From: Azolla caroliniana
Lineage: Eukaryota; Plantae; Polypodiophyta
Reading direction: 5' to 3'
Length of the DNA stretch: 64,000 bases
NCBI GenBank assembly: GCA_043228905.1
Contig: JBHGNT010000017.1
Span: forward strand, 2,666,001 to 2,730,000
The notes below the pieces were generated by a model. It was not told where the DNA came from, did not search any database, and worked only from the letters and a program-made list of their open reading frames with translations. Below, one piece after another: positions 1 to 15,007 of the stretch (position 1 is the stretch's first letter; each line of letters opens with the position of its first letter). The translations under genes and the position numbers were made by a program.

Positions 1-330
1 TGTTCGACATCATTCCTAAAACCAGGAATTTGAAGGACAAATCATTGATAGGGACATGACTAATTCACAATCCTAAACCCAGAAAGTCAATGCATCAATC
101 ATTATCTACTTACTTAATATACTTATTGATTGTTTATGTTCCTTAATAATAGTGAATTATGAGACAAAACAATAGAAATTACGGAATTCTAGCAGGACAA
201 GTATATGTTACCATCTACTTTTGTTCTGTTTGTAAGTACATTGCAACCAGAGTTCTAGTGAAGAGGAGATGAGAGAACATGGGCCATTGCGATATATAAT
301 AATGGAGAGATGATACAAAACAGCACTTAC

Positions 331-545
331 AGGATGGGTTTGTCGGGTGGGTTCTGAAGTAATGATTCGAGTCTATCCAAGCAAGTCCCTAGCACAGTGA
401 TCTTGCGCCTTGTAGAAGAGACAAGCTGACCGGGGTCTCCACCAGAAGAGAGGATCGAATCACGCTCCCTGAGCCGATTAGAGATATCATCGGCAAGCTT
501 CATAGCCTCGTCAAACTCTTTTAGCCATGTATCAGATATGGCCAT
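331..545 (-). CDS. SYP51: Syntaxin of plants 5 (SYP51/52-like Qc-SNARE), first coding exon; gene continues beyond the window start
   Basis: MAISDTWLKEFDEAMKLADDI...RRKITVLG..LDRLESLL resembles the SYP51/52 N-terminus. GTAAGT donor begins at 330. Confidence 0.85.
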
Positions 546-558
546 TTCTCACCTGCAC

Positions 559-704
559 CTTCTTCTTCTTCTTCTTCTTCTTCTTCTTCTCCTCCTCCTC
601 CTCCTCCTCCTCCTATAAGCTTGCCACTAGTTATGCATGATTATGGGAGAGGGCAAGGGAGATGGAGGAGCTCGATGCAGAGATGATCTCTCTTCCCCTG
701 TGAT

Positions 705-748
<44 letters not shown>
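559..748. repeat. (CTT)n/(CCT)n and (CT)n microsatellites in the SYP5 5' region
   Basis: Directly visible at ~559-614 and ~708-748. Confidence 0.95.
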
Positions 749-751
<3 letters not shown>

Positions 752-2350
752 GAGAGACTTCTGTTATTTGTATACATTATTTATTTAGTTGCTTAGCCAA
801 AGGGGAAATGGGTGCTCATGTGAGAAACACATGCATGTGTCGAAAATCGACAACTCGGAATGTGTTTTGTTTGCTTTGGGTTTCTCGGACCCAAAACCTA
901 GGATGGGGTTGTCGGCTTCCCGCTCCTGGAACTCGACATGGGTTTCTTCAAGGTCCCTGTTACTACACCATATAGAATTGGAACGAGAACTGTCTTTTGC
1001 TAGGTCCCCATATCGACACAAATCATGCATGCTTTGGAACTAACTCACTCTCTTTTGCCAAATCCCATACTCGGCCATGCATGCTTCAAACACTGGAACC
1101 TTCTTATCCCTCGGACAATGACAATTATCGTTATTATGTTCCCGCTCCTAGAGTTCGTTCGGCTTTTTGTCACCAAGTCAACCTAACACATTTCGGTTTT
1201 GTGTCACCTATCACCTAGGGCATTCATGTTATTAGGATGGACTGAATGTTCATGTCATGTTGTTCCTTACCTATCGATGTCCCAATACCATACTCCATAT
1301 CACACCTTTTTTAACCTAATGGACTAATCATGTATGTGAACATAAACATCTCGTCATGCACAAAGCGCATAAATCTCATCTTATGTCTTGCAATCAGTGA
1401 AATTTTTCTGAAAACCATCACATGCATACTATCAACAATTGTATACATTTAATTACAGTGCACGTAGAGAATATAAGACCCATATTGGAGTTGGATTTGA
1501 AAGGAATGAGTCTACAAGCACTACATTGGTGATAGGAACTAGTTAGTTGCCTTACGTATGGAGACATATGTTAAATGATGAAATGATTAAGTTTTTCAAA
1601 GTTCTAATCTTTGAATATTGGGGAAAGAAGGAGAATTAGGCTATGTTATCATCAACACTATTAAGATTCTAAAGTAAAAGTCTTATATGATGGTTATCTA
1701 GTTGCATTGAATCTTAATGCATGATTAGAAATTCTCTAAGGTAGAATTTGTATGATTCCAAGAGTGCCCACGTTATTATCAATTAGTCCCGCAACCTTTG
1801 TTGTGTGTGATTGTGTAACACCATTTATGGGTAAAGATACTAGAGTCCAGGGACCATGTATATATACATATACTTATCATTGCAAACATAGATATTCTTT
1901 AGTGACATTGTCATTTTCAAGCCCTTTTCCACATTCAATGTTGTTTAGATATTTTATAAAGATTTCATTAAACTAATATTTCAATAACAAACCTGTAGCA
2001 TAATGAACTTTGACATCATCGCCTTTTAAAAAGCAAAGTTGTTGGTTTTCACTTATCAAAATATAACAAGAAGTGTCGATACTAATATTGCAACATTAAA
2101 ATTTAGGATTAGATTAGGATGCTTGCATGGTCTCAAACAAAACATATCATCAATCAAATCATGACTTCTTGAGAGCAAAAGAACACATCCTCAGATCACA
2201 TTGCTCGAAGCGACACACCGGTTGCTATGAAGCTTGTGGGTTGAGAATTAAGTAGACATTTTCAAAGGTGACAATTCTGGGGAACTAAGCATTTGTGTCT
2301 TATCCATGTCCTTCACATGTTGACCCCATCCACAAGGAGGCAAAAGATTT

Positions 2351-2381
<31 letters not shown>

Positions 2382-3957
2382 GCAGTTGTGTGCAAATGAT
2401 GTCTATCAAACGCGAGTTGACATGTCCAGAAATTTGTGCCTAGGCAAGCAACTGCCATGGATAGACCAGTAACACATCTAAAGCTCATTATGAAGACACT
2501 CATTCTTTCACTTAGGTCACTCCTCCTGCGTTTGTCTCAAGAGTATGTAATCTTAACATATCCAGATGCATATAGATGGTTATTGACCAGTTTTAGTGAA
2601 CTGTCATTCTCTCTAGAGGCATTGTGTTTCTTTTGCTCTTCACATTGACTGGAAGCATGGGAAATACCAATTATTCTAAGTCCGGTAAGGAAAGGGTTAA
2701 CGATATCAAAATATATTTCAAACTCCAGATCAAGATGCAATAAGCTCGTTTTAACTCATATTCCAGACTCCAGATCAGAAGAATGGGAATCAAACAAAGA
2801 ACTTATATCACAATCCAAAGAATCCCTAGATTTGATATGGAACTTAGATTTTACCATGAAGAGAATTCAAGAATCTAGGTGCTTGTAGCCTATAGTAGCA
2901 GTTTGATTGCATCATGTTAATGAAGCTAAGGATGTTTCACAAGTTAAAATGCGTCATTTAGATGTTCATATTGTCTGGCATTTGGCACTAAAAATAGTCC
3001 TACTTCTCATGTTTATAGATGCTTCTTCAATTTCACCCATTTCATGCTATCAAATGGTTACAGCTTGCTGTAGAATAAAAATCATTTTACATGACCTAAA
3101 CTGAACTCTCCAATGTATGTACCACAGCTATGAACTTTTGATATTTACATTACTCAGGAATTTGAATAGAACTCTCATGAATATACATAAAATGAACATC
3201 CCAGCTCGTACATCAGTTAGATAAGCGATATAAAAGGGTACAGAATAGGAACATCTCTTACTATTATAAAATTGTTAAATAAAATAATACTTGCCCTATA
3301 AGACATGTTTTGATTTTCACCATAGTATATCAACAGTCGGCACGAGTAAGGACCTTGGGTATACAAGTTCGGGTGGTATGCCATACTTCAATGATTTTTT
3401 TCAAATCGCCAGTCTACTATCTAACTCAATTGCTTATTGAAGTTCTTTGTTTCTTACCTAGAAGGCATAAAATCTACAAGTAGAAGAGAGATGTCGAAGA
3501 AAGATGTAGTATAGCCCTATTAAATAAGTTACTGGATTAACATTGTGAAATTTGTGAGGTCCTCATTACAAAATTTTCTCAAAACCCACACTCCGCACCT
3601 TGATGGTAATTCATCCTGTTGGACATACTTGTAACCCTGGATAAAGGATGAAAAAGGGAGCTCATACAAGTGGATTGTTACACACTTTGGATGTGTGCGT
3701 CGATGCCTTGATATTGGTTTGGTTGTTTCAAACTGTGTTGCAGAATCAATATGACATGAAATATGTCATCATTGCATCCTATTGACGTTATGGAGCTTTT
3801 GCTTGAGAACTTGATTCAATCTCACTCTTGATCTAAAATGAATCAAATTGTGAACAGAGTGAAATGATTTGATGATCGCGGCACCTAATTCTATCCTTAT
3901 GATCAAACTGCCGTGAGCTCCTCCCATAACCTACCTATTTTACTTTTTGATAAAAAC

Positions 3958-6900
3958 TTATCTTTGAGAAGCCTCATAGAAGAGAACTTGTGGCTGTAGA
4001 TGACCTCTGCGACAAGTATCCACTACATCCTCATATGCGCCAATAACCTATTCAAACATTAAAATCATCACAATATTCAAATTTCATCTGGAGAAATCTG
4101 GGCTACATCTGGAGATACATACCTTGACTGTTGTGTCATCGAACATTACCCATCTTCCAATTTCATGGTTGAAAGCAAAACAATGGTAGTGCTGCCCGTA
4201 GTAGCAAATCTAAGGCACAATAAAATCATTATCATCTGACATTGAGAATATGCCAATCATGGAAATGTGTATATGAAGAAAATACCAACCACCGAGACTA
4301 ATCGATGCCTAAACCCACTGTCAAGGCCACAATAAACAATGCCAACATCCATATCAACTGCAATAGCATCCATTGTCGCAGAAATATCTTCAAAACTCTC
4401 CCTGCAATTTTGCCACCCCAAAACTGCAGTAGAAACTATGAAGTTAGAGCCAAATTTATCAAATTTAAGTAAAATAACACAAGGACACAAACCTGTGATA
4501 AAAACATGAGGTGCAGAACGAAGTAGATAGTGGATATAATTCTGCTGACCACATCCACCCATTTCAACATCACATGCCAAGAACTCGTTCATTTCAACGA
4601 GTCTAAGCAGCTCGTCTAACGAGTTTTCTTGATACAGAATCTGATCAAATAACTCAGTTTTTAAGATGTTCATTCATGGATCAATTAGAGACAAACTCGC
4701 ATTTCAATAATCAACACTTTGTTACCTTCGCAGTACGCAAGGAATTCGCATTTATGTTGTGAAAGAAAGTAGTATACTTTAGATGCCTTGATTCCAACCC
4801 ACACTTTGTGCAATTCATTTGCCTAGCAATATCAAGAGCAAAAAGACTGTGAGCAATACAGGGTAAGTTATCGTGGCATTCCCAAAATCCAACTCCACTT
4901 CCAGTATCAGAATCTCCATCCGACAAAACAGAATTGGTTGCAAATGCCTTATGAATGCATTCAAAAACAACTGCAAGAACTTCTGATGCATCATTCATCT
5001 GAGCCTGCATATAACTTGATAAAGTGAGAATACAAAGCCGAAGGTGGCATAATTAAGAAACAAGATGGACTCACAAGCTGATGGTTTACCTCCTGGAAGA
5101 AATCCTTCTGAGAGGATAAATTGCTAAGAGCGATTCTTAATGTTGTTGGTGCAACTATTTCCTTGGTAGAATCTGATGAAGGAGAGTTCAATCCAACAAA
5201 TATCTCCCTCAATGCACATACAACACATGGATCACCCATGTGTACGTGATGAGAGCTTGAATCATCAAGTAGCTCCTCCCGAAATCTTTGCAAATGCCAC
5301 AGTGACTGAAAGACATTAAACATTTCAATCAAGTTGCCTGGATATATCATTTCAGAAAAAAATCATCAAATGATACACATTAAGAATTACAAAGTCACTG
5401 GGTTGATTCAAGTAGAATCAGGTTTGCCATGAAACTTCTTCACTCATATATCTTTGTTCTTGTGCTTGATTATACAGGTATTAAACTTCTTCACCGATTA
5501 TACAGATATTATACAGGTTATTTGTTATTATCACTAAGAAATGGTGCAAAAAGACCTCTCCGTTTCCTAGGTGGGATGTGCTCATTTCCAACTCATGATA
5601 AGGACGCAGGATAGGAATAAAGGGAGAGATATATGGCATCCCATGACCTCTCTGATAGCCCTGGTCTTTGTCTTGTAGTGTCAATATCCACCTCTCTGTT
5701 AATATACTGGAAGCTAGAATAAATAAATAAAATATATAAAAGGCCAAACATTGGGGTACGAGATAAATCCAGACCCAATTGATCACGCTGTAATATTTTC
5801 TGTGCAAATCTTCATGTCCGTAAGGAAGTGCCACCTCAGGATCTCTAAAATCATGTTGCAGTTGGAACAGTGATGGGGTAACGGACAACCTACTTACAAA
5901 ATAGACTTGGCCATCATGGCAAACTCAAATTGAAGCAGTCTCACAACTGAGACCAAAAGGAAGATCAATGCCTATGTGGCATAGTCCAAACAGAGAAATG
6001 AAAAGCAACAACGAGCTGCAAACTTCTTCGAAACTCTAACTGACCTATAAGGCCATCTGTCATCAGAGGAACTAGTAAGTAGACCTCATTAACAAAGCCC
6101 CAAATGTAAAGCAAGAGTTAATAAGAGGAAACGCCTAAAATCGGTTACCAGGAAATTTTAGAATGTTTCTGATTGAAAGTTGCTGTACCCAATTTTCAAA
6201 CTTGCAAAAGCATTAAATGATCTTATGACACAGTACCTTATACATTCTGGAAAGTTTTAATCTCCTACGCTATGAAAACATCATGCATCTTACTTTAATT
6301 AAATTAATTACAATGTAATCGTAGTTCAGGCATGATGATATATAATTTATTATTAATTTTCTTTACAATCACCACCTGTATGACAACGTTCAAGAAGCAA
6401 TTGTATTGACCAATTTCATTTTGAAGACCTTTGCCAACTTCTTCTGAAATGTTTCGTTTCTTCTGAGGAACAATAATATCACTGCTAGTTGACAAGTCTA
6501 TGTCTGAAATTACGGATGAGTATTCTGCAGCATTAGCTACAAACAAACAAGGAAAGTAATGAAGAGGGGCCCAGAAATTAGCAACCAAATCAGAAATATT
6601 TCACAATGATAGTCACCTAGGCTCTGTCGCATAGCTTGTTCTAGGTCTGCTTGGAAACGTTCTTCAGCATCTTGGTCTGCTTTTAGCTGTCTTAATGTAT
6701 GATCTGAGGGATCTGCAGAAATCAATACACACATCCAACATGCATGATTAGCTTTAGTAGCGAGTATAAATAAAGAAAATATATTCTCTCTACTAGAGAG
6801 ATACTATTATAGACAGCAATTTCAGCTTAGCAAGGGAGCTTTTGGCAGACTTCTTCAGAACAGATAAGGAACATTCATGCTGTACAAGAAAACACCCTGG

Positions 6901-9900
6901 CCAAAGTAGGACCACACTGGAATCGCGACTTTTTCCTGCCATCCCAACTAGTGTTTCTCTTCATGTAAGTGGTTATGTTTCTCTCACCAATTGAGAAGAA
7001 TACCCTGTAATCTTCAACTGATTCTGTGCTTCAATTAAAATGCCAGAGAAAAGGGGTAACTTTGCATTGGCTCAAAACCAATCACTGTCCTAGATTATTC
7101 TTTCCTTTTTGCAATTTCATCGGTGTCATAATAGTCTTTTAAAACTTCAGATCCAGGTTTGGTGAAACGTATACCAACCACAGATATTTGTAAACTCTTG
7201 AAAGAGCCACAACAACTAGAGACATTTCTCTTTGTTCATGACACCAAGCAGGACCATGATTCAGTTGTGCATATGTTCTCAAGAACAAGGATGCCATCAT
7301 ATGGCACCAAGCTTGTCCTGTAAACCTTTCCATATGTATTAGATCAAACCCAAATTTGGTATTCAGTTCGAAGTATCAGGCACCAAGTGATTGTTGTGAG
7401 GATTATGGAATGCATGCTTAAGGTTCAAAAACAGATTTAAATCGACTTCCTAGACTTGCATTGGTTCATTCATTTAGAACCTTCTTTATAAACCCAAGTG
7501 CTGCATGGAGACAACTTAAAGGTAGAGAAAGATGAGGTTTGCATAGATTTTAGAGGAGAAGATATGCATAAATATGCTCAAACACTAGACTATAACTTAC
7601 ATGCAGACCAAATGCATGTAGATCACTGTCTAGCTGGCATCACAAATTTTGAGGAAGTAATGGAAAGTATGTACTCTATATCTAGCGGAGCTCGTCAAAT
7701 GGACTGGGTCTTTCATCCCACTACACTCTACCATCACAAAGCATTCATCATAGGTTGTACATTTGCAAAGCTGTATGACACAAATGTACAACCTAGGATG
7801 AATGGCCAAAACAGTTCCAAACTGAAACAGTTCACATCAGACCATCTCACTACCTCCAGGGTCACAATGGAGGAGAATCAACTCAAGGTAGCAACACTTA
7901 CTATATCAAATGAATATCAACTGTGGTAGCAATTTTACTGTTCTTAAAAATTTACATGAGATGAGATCTTCTGGCAGTATTATCCCCTTGCATATTCTAG
8001 TTTTGCTCAAGACATCTAAAAGAGTACTAATTGTCTTCATAACAATTTTTAGGTTGTCACTACCAAACAAAGAGTGCATTATATCATAAAGCTCACAGAG
8101 AAATGGGTTACTCAGGATATATATCAGCCGTTTCTATATGCAAACCCATAAATATGGCAAAGTATGACATCGTTGAGCCTATGTAAAAGAGTTTGGATTT
8201 TACCTCCAGACCACATACAATTACACTAACATGTACTTATGTATCTGCAAAGTTTATTTGATATATCAAATATAGCAACAAGTTTTGTATACAACTTACA
8301 TTCAATTCTTTCAGCATTTACTTCATCCTTCTCGCCATTTTGCTTCCTTTCCATGGTACTGCCTGTAAAAGACATTCAGATATAAGTTCCTGTAGTGCAG
8401 GCATACATACGTTCATTCATAACTTGACTGTCTGCTCACTTGAATTGGTTGTCAGAATGCTGCCTGTTTCAAGAGGTTTAGCTCCTTCAAGTGTGCCATT
8501 ATATTCCGGCACATCATGATCCATCACAGATTTGGTTTGTTCTAACCCAGTAATAAAACTTTGTTCTCCATTCGTATTTATGTGATTATCCTCATGAGAA
8601 GCACGTGACAGCCTCTTTCTCCTATTTTTGCCACTTCTTTTCGATCTGGAAGATCCCGATTCATGAGTTTCAGAGTGAGGCAAAACTACAAGATCATAGG
8701 AACTCGAAGCCATAAGATTGTCGTGATCCGCAAAAACACTACCATCTCCAGTACTGGAAACGTCTTTACAAACATCAATATTCATCAGCACAGAAGAAGA
8801 GGGAAGACTTCCAGCAAGATCACTCTCTTTAATGGATGTGCTGAATATACCTTCACAGTCAATATGTTGTGTGCCTATTTGTATGTCCTCAAAATTTCCT
8901 TGGAGTTGGATTGGAATCTTCATTTCCATTTCAGCATTTTTCTTTCTCAATTCTGCTAGATGCTTTTCTTTTGCTTCCTCTTCTATTCTGCGTTGCAACT
9001 CCAAAGTTTCAGCTAGTTTCCGCTCTTCATCCTCGACTTCAGCCTGCCTCTTCAATTCAGCCTCTACCAATTGCTGTGCTTCATCAAGCTCCCACTCTAA
9101 ACCATCTTCATCAGCATTTTCACTATCCGCAACCAACCTAGTCATAATGAATATAAAATAAATCTAAAACTACAAAAATTGCAAAAATGTTACCAGCAAG
9201 ACTAACAATCTCTATCATCCTTCTTTCATTCTTCTCTTTATAAGATGAAATATACCAGACAATCTATAAACTTTAAAAGGATGTAGCTTTTGGTCTCATT
9301 TTCAGCCCTCTCTCTCTTAACTTGAAATTAGAGCCTCCATTAATTCTTTGTGTTAGCATAACAGATTTTAAGAGAAAACATCATGCATGTCTGTGACTGA
9401 CGGGAAAGCAGAATGCATGAAACACAGCTTCAAACAAGACAACCCTCTAAACTTCCCCAAAACCTGGGAACGAGGAAAGGAACGACATTCTGTAATTTAA
9501 CAATAAAGATGTAGAACTGATTAGGGACCTACCAGGCAGCCTATATACCTACATGGTGCTACTACCATGCAATTAAACAAGTATGCCATATTACAGGTTT
9601 GTTAGGAAGGGAGGTGAGCCTTCTACAGAGATGGGCAGATAATTATTGGTAACCCCCTTCTCAGCCAGGTGCTCTGAGCCTTGAGACAAATAAGTAGGGA
9701 AAATAAAAACCAAAGATAAAATTTGCAGCGGAACTGCAATTGTAAGCACATCTAGGGAGTTGGGAGGTCGAGGAGTTCTTGGATGAACATGATGACATCA
9801 CATACATTGCAGACATAATAGGGCCCAAAGAGAGCACTCCTACAAGACGAGCGAAAATAGGTGAAGTTCGCAGACCGAGACACACCAGACAAACCAGTGT

Positions 9901-12900
9901 GCTCTCTCAATACCACCACCTGAATGTTTGCTTATGTCATGCTCTCGTGCATTATATAGCTACTTGCCCAAAAATCCTTCCAAAATATAGCCTTTGTTTA
10001 CCGGATCTCATTCACTCTCAGCATTCTTATTTGTTTGTGATATTGTTCAAAAGATAATATTTTTATGTGTCTCATTTGTGGAAACATGAAATTTCTTAAG
10101 TACTTAGCAAATGTCACGTGCCTCCAAAAAACAAGCAAGGAGATTTCACAGATAACTCTTAAGATAAAGCCTTATAGAGCCCTCCTTCCTTGATACTATT
10201 CATTGTTTGCCTACTTTTTCATTTCTTAGCCTAAAGGTTTGAAATATAGAATAATGCCCCAACCGTCTAAAGATCTAACACAGTTAACAAGATTCACCAA
10301 GCTTCTTGGCATATGAAAGAATCAAATTATTTATTGCGTACAATAACGGTATATGAAGACTGATCTCGACAACAGATGCAATGAAAGAATACAGGATTCA
10401 TGCATCTCTTTCACATTTCAATCATTATATTTTCCACTCATTGCTTCTAAATTTTCACTCACAAACGTTTTTCTTTCCAAATTCATAAATTGAAAGTATC
10501 TACCTGGTCAAGCTTTGTTGTGGATCACCAGCAGCAGCAGAACCTTGCTGTGAAATATTATCAATGTTTGAAGAATATTTCTATTAGGACAACTGCAAAT
10601 TGAGTAACTCGAAGACTCCTCTTTAGCATGAAAGTGGATTACATACCTTACCATCCTTTGAACGTTTTTGTTCTTTATTCTTTTTTTTGTCCTTCGATTT
10701 TTCCTTAAGAGGTCGGGCTGAATCGGCTAGCTTTTCCACAGTAGTTTTCCCATCTCGAGACAATTCTGCTAGAAAGGCTTCTCTGGCAGCTTCAGACTTC
10801 TGCATTGCATCCTTTTCAGCTGCTTCCTCTAGTTGTGTCTGTGAATCATCATTTATCAAATGGTGTGTAAGCAGATTATACCTTCCATAATTTTATAGCA
10901 GAGAGTTCACAGAATGAAAGCCATGTCAAGACCTTTAGAAAACTTTTGACAAGAGGAAGCATGACAGATCTATAATCAAGGACGGAAGCATTTCCAAGCT
11001 TATGCTCTAATCTCTGTATGGTATCCATAGACCTCAAAATTCTTGCATCCAGCTTGTTTACCTGCCATGGCCACGTCTCTATTCAGCAATGATAGAAAAC
11101 GAAAATAATTCACAGATCAATTGAGAGTACCTCAGATGTGCAACGATCTTTTTTCCATTGGATAGCAAGCTCAATGTGAGAGTCTGGCTGAGGCACAAAA
11201 TCTGGAACCCTCCACGCATCTTCAACCTCCTCATCTGAATCACTCAAATGAGCGGATGTCAGAGTTATGGAGCTATCGTATGGAAATTGGCGTAGATTGA
11301 CAGTCCGTGCATCCCTTAACATGCTGGTTATCACCTCTAACTCTAACTTCTGCTGGGATGATAGCCCAGTTTCTCTACATTCCAAGAGATCTTGTTTCCG
11401 TTTCCTCAGGACTGCATCATGACATGAAAGAACCCCATCCACTTTGGATTCCCTCTTCTTCAGTTCCTCAACACATAGAGCTTCAGCCATATTTACTGCT
11501 GCTTCAACATGGATCTGTTCATGCTTTTTTTCACAAAGGCTTTGGAGAGAGAGAAATTCCTTCTCCATTTCTCTAAAGATTTCTCTACCTTGCTGAGCTC
11601 GGGTCTCTCTATATTGTTTCCAGACAGCCGGTTGATACTCATACTCCGCAGTCCCATAAATCCACGAGAGCTGCATGTCTGCATGAGAAGCCATGCCTCC
11701 GTCTTTCATTGCCATAAGAGGAAGCTGAGGTTCCATCTCATTATTGTAAATATGCTGTTTTACAGTGTTCTCATTTCCAGTACCAAATACACCTTCCTTA
11801 GACTTCCCTATAGTCTCTTTCAACAATCTCTCATCCAAAGACAGTATTGTTGAATCTTCATTCAAGAAAAGTCTGTCCAAAATGACATCCTCCTCATTTT
11901 GTGAACTTTCTGGCAACCCAGTATCAAGTTGTTGATCCAGCCCACATGCATTGGCCAATTCACGTAAATAGCTAAGAACGCGGCGAAGTTGGAGAGATGG
12001 CAAACATCTTACATATAACAAGTTAGTGTTGAATTCATAATGAGCGGGTGAGGCTGGTATGAAGTTTTTAAGCTCATCGTGTGCATATTGCATTATTTTC
12101 TCCATGTGATCCGTGGCTAAGCATTTGTTTCTTAACAAAATACGAAGTAAGTTGTAGATTTTTTGCAAGAGCTTTGTTCTTTCGTCATCATCAGAATAGG
12201 GGAATTCATGACCTTTTGTATCGATATTTATACGTACTACTGTTTTCAGATTCTCACATTTTCCATCAGAGACGATGTTTCGTACCTGTTCCTCCCCTTT
12301 GCCATCTGCATTGTCTGAAGATATAAATTGAGTAGAGTTTCCACCAATATCAAACAATTCTGAATTTGATGGATCACCTGAACACTCTAAAGAGCTATTA
12401 ACTGATGTAGTAACTTCATCACTGAGGCAATCAAAAGGAACAGTGGTTACTGTTGCCTCTTGTTGGCTCTGAGGATTTTCAAGATCAATCTCTGCCTCAT
12501 GAGAACCAATGAGCAACTTCATTGCTAGAAGACCATCAAAGGGCCTGCAATCTTCATCCAATATCTGATCTGCCATGCCATGATCAACCTCAAGAGGAAA
12601 TAGCCTTCTAAGCTTCGTAGGAAGACCTTCAATGTGTTTTTCTGTGATGTGTTCAGCATGTTCTTGGTATTCAGTACATTTTTCGCCACAATTCCAGCAC
12701 ATCCAAAATCTCCATGTTTTCCTCCCTTGAGCAAATTCTAAAGCCTCAGTAAGAAGTTCAGAGTTTACATTTGGTTTCAACGAAGTGAATTGTTGCTTAA
12801 ATACATTCAATGGGATTTCTAACATCTTTTCTCGTTTTTCATGTGAAAGAGAGTTCCAAAAAGGCTTCAAACGCTCGATTTTCTCCTCTACACTTTGCGC

Positions 12901-14604
12901 CTGATTCAGTTTCTTATAGTTCACACCCGCTGACTTTCTGCGTTGAATCCGTCCAGTTCCCTTAGCAGGTTTAGAAGATCCATCATCGGAGTGAGGTGGA
13001 GAACAATCCCTTTTCTGTTGTAATAGCCTAGCAGCTGCAACTCGAACTTCAATGTCTTTCCTTTTCTCCTCTGCAGTTTTTACACTTTTTTTTACTTCAT
13101 GGGGTCTTTTAGGCTGAGAAATACGCTGCTCCATGGGGTCATCCACAAGTTTTCTCATATGGATAAACCGTAGTTTCTCCTCATTCCCCCCTGTTCCAAG
13201 TGTTTTCATCCAGTTTGAAATCGATGCAATATTAGCTTTCTGTACAAGGTTACGAAGCTCCTGTTGTACTAGTTGAATCCGTGCTTCAGCTGTTGTGGAC
13301 TTGTGTTGGCCTTCTTCATGAAGACTCTCTTTTGCAGGATCGACAGGATCTTCAATCTCTAGAGCTCGTTGACACTCTTGAACCACTTCTTCATAGCCCT
13401 TACTATCTGTGGCTGCCTCAAATAGAAGCTGTGCATGAAATTGTGCGTACTCAACTGAGCATGGAGACAATAAGACAGCCTTTTGAGCAGCATCAATGGC
13501 ATCCTTGAGATGCCTCTGCTTAGTGGTTAGGTCTTCAATCATGGAAGCAAGTCTCATACATATGTGACCTCGAATTCTCTGAACCAACGCATTGCCTTCA
13601 TATCGGACACACGCATCTCTTATGAGCCTCAGTGCCTTGTTGCTGTTGCCCCTCCTTAATGCTACAAGGGCCTTCTCGCAGTCGCTCTTCACATTTGAAA
13701 GATCTTCTTGACATGTTTTACTTACGTCCAGACCTTTGCTTATTCCTGGCCCTCCACCATTGCCAGCATGTTCTACCCCATTGGTTCTAACATTTTCCTC
13801 TAGGTTTACACCATTGACTGCAAGAGAAGATAAAGATAAGTTTCTATAATCTGCAGTAAAGTCCACATTTTATCAAAGAAACATATGTAATCACAACTTC
13901 GATAGCTACAAATAACTGTCACTCTCTATATACCAGAAACCCTGTGATTATGGTCTCACAATCTGTCATGATCCTGTGAGGAAAGCTTTCCAGTCTGCAT
14001 TAAGCTCTTGTGCTTCAATAAAATAAACGGAAAATCACAAGTGTAACTGGTAGAAATTCCGATTGATAATGTTTTTACAATCTGCACAAAATTTTAGTGC
14101 TTCTGTAGCAAAATATTCTAGCCTATATCCAGACAAGAATTTGAATCACTTGACATTCAGGTCAGAGTCTACATAGACTGTCAGTCACCAAAGATTCCTA
14201 TTTAAGTGGTTCCAATAAACTGTTCAGCTTGGATCCTGCTCTGAGAGTGGAAGAAAGAAGAACAAAACAACAGCATGAAAAGAAATGTTTTTACAAAAGG
14301 AAGGATCAGGAGCTTGGGAAATGTTCAGGAGAAAAGACCGTGAGATGAAAGGAAGGACAAATCCTTACCTGAAGCAGAAGGTTAATGAACAAACGCCATG
14401 AGATTAGAAAGGAAGGAATAGAGGGGAAGAATAATGCATACCTGAAGCACTATGAGAGAGTTCAACATCGAGAGGAACAAGAGATCTGATGGGTTGGAAC
14501 GAAACAGAATCTGATGGAGGAGGAGGGTGAAGAAACGAGCCATTTGAAGAAGAAATGGAAGAAACGGCTGAACGAGGAGCCGAGGATCGTTTTTTCTGTC
14601 CCAT
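3958..14604 (-). CDS. Ubiquitin carboxyl-terminal hydrolase-related protein (TPR-like DUF627, DUF629/C2H2, C-terminal USP53/54-like UCH domain), about 15 exons
   Basis: Exon 1 MGQKKRSSAPRS (14604-14442, phase 1) splices to 13850-11131. Further exons at about 11061-10933, 10838-10647, ~10545-10504, 9137-~8420, ~8362-8300, ~6713-6617, ~6525-6377 (GLQNEIGQYNCFLNVVIQ), ~5307-5091 (SLWHL), ~5004-4727, ~4640-4493, ~4425-4290, ~4209-4123 (YYGQHYHCF..WVMFDD), and ~4048-3958 (GHLQPQVLFYE, TAA). GT-AG sites seen; some internal boundaries are approximate. Confidence 0.9.
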
Positions 14605-15007
14605 CCACAACAGCGTGAGGAGGCAGATCGCCTCCCATGGATCAGAAACGAGCTGAAAGGTACTGAAATGGAGACCAATACATGGAAAAGGTGTAGTAAT
14701 AATAATAGCAAGAGGAAACCTGCTGGGGCGATATGGGGAGAAGAGGATGAAAAATAAAGCAGGCTAGGGTTTGCGTCTGCACAGACCTTCCTTTTCTTCT
14801 TTCCTGCCTTCCTTCCTGTAATTCTTTCCTTCCTTCCTTCCTTCTCCGCGAAAAAGAAAGCGAAAAGGCTTGCCTGAGAAGGAAGGAAAGAAACTATGGC
14901 GACTCGCGACTGTGAAGAAGTAAGTAAACAGAAGATTAGAGAAGAAGAGACGATTAAATAGGTAGGGCCTGTTTCGTAAATTTTGCATTCACGGTGTTTA
15001 GCTAACC

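Noticed and set aside
2766-2782. GACTCCAGATCAGAAG, resembling the tRNA-Trp anticodon arm
   Set aside because: No D arm, T arm or acceptor stem around it.
6010-6075. CTGATGA on the - strand in a deubiquitinase intron (possible hammerhead or snoRNA)
   Set aside because: No properly placed GAAA or closing stems.
7498-7929. 143-aa + strand ORF inside a deubiquitinase intron
   Set aside because: Non-ATG start and no recognisable motif; likely intronic or TE-derived noise.
13851-13866. ORF-track start of the 918-aa ORF
   Set aside because: It is a GTG preceded by in-frame stops and lies inside an intron. The real start is the MGQKKR exon at 14604.
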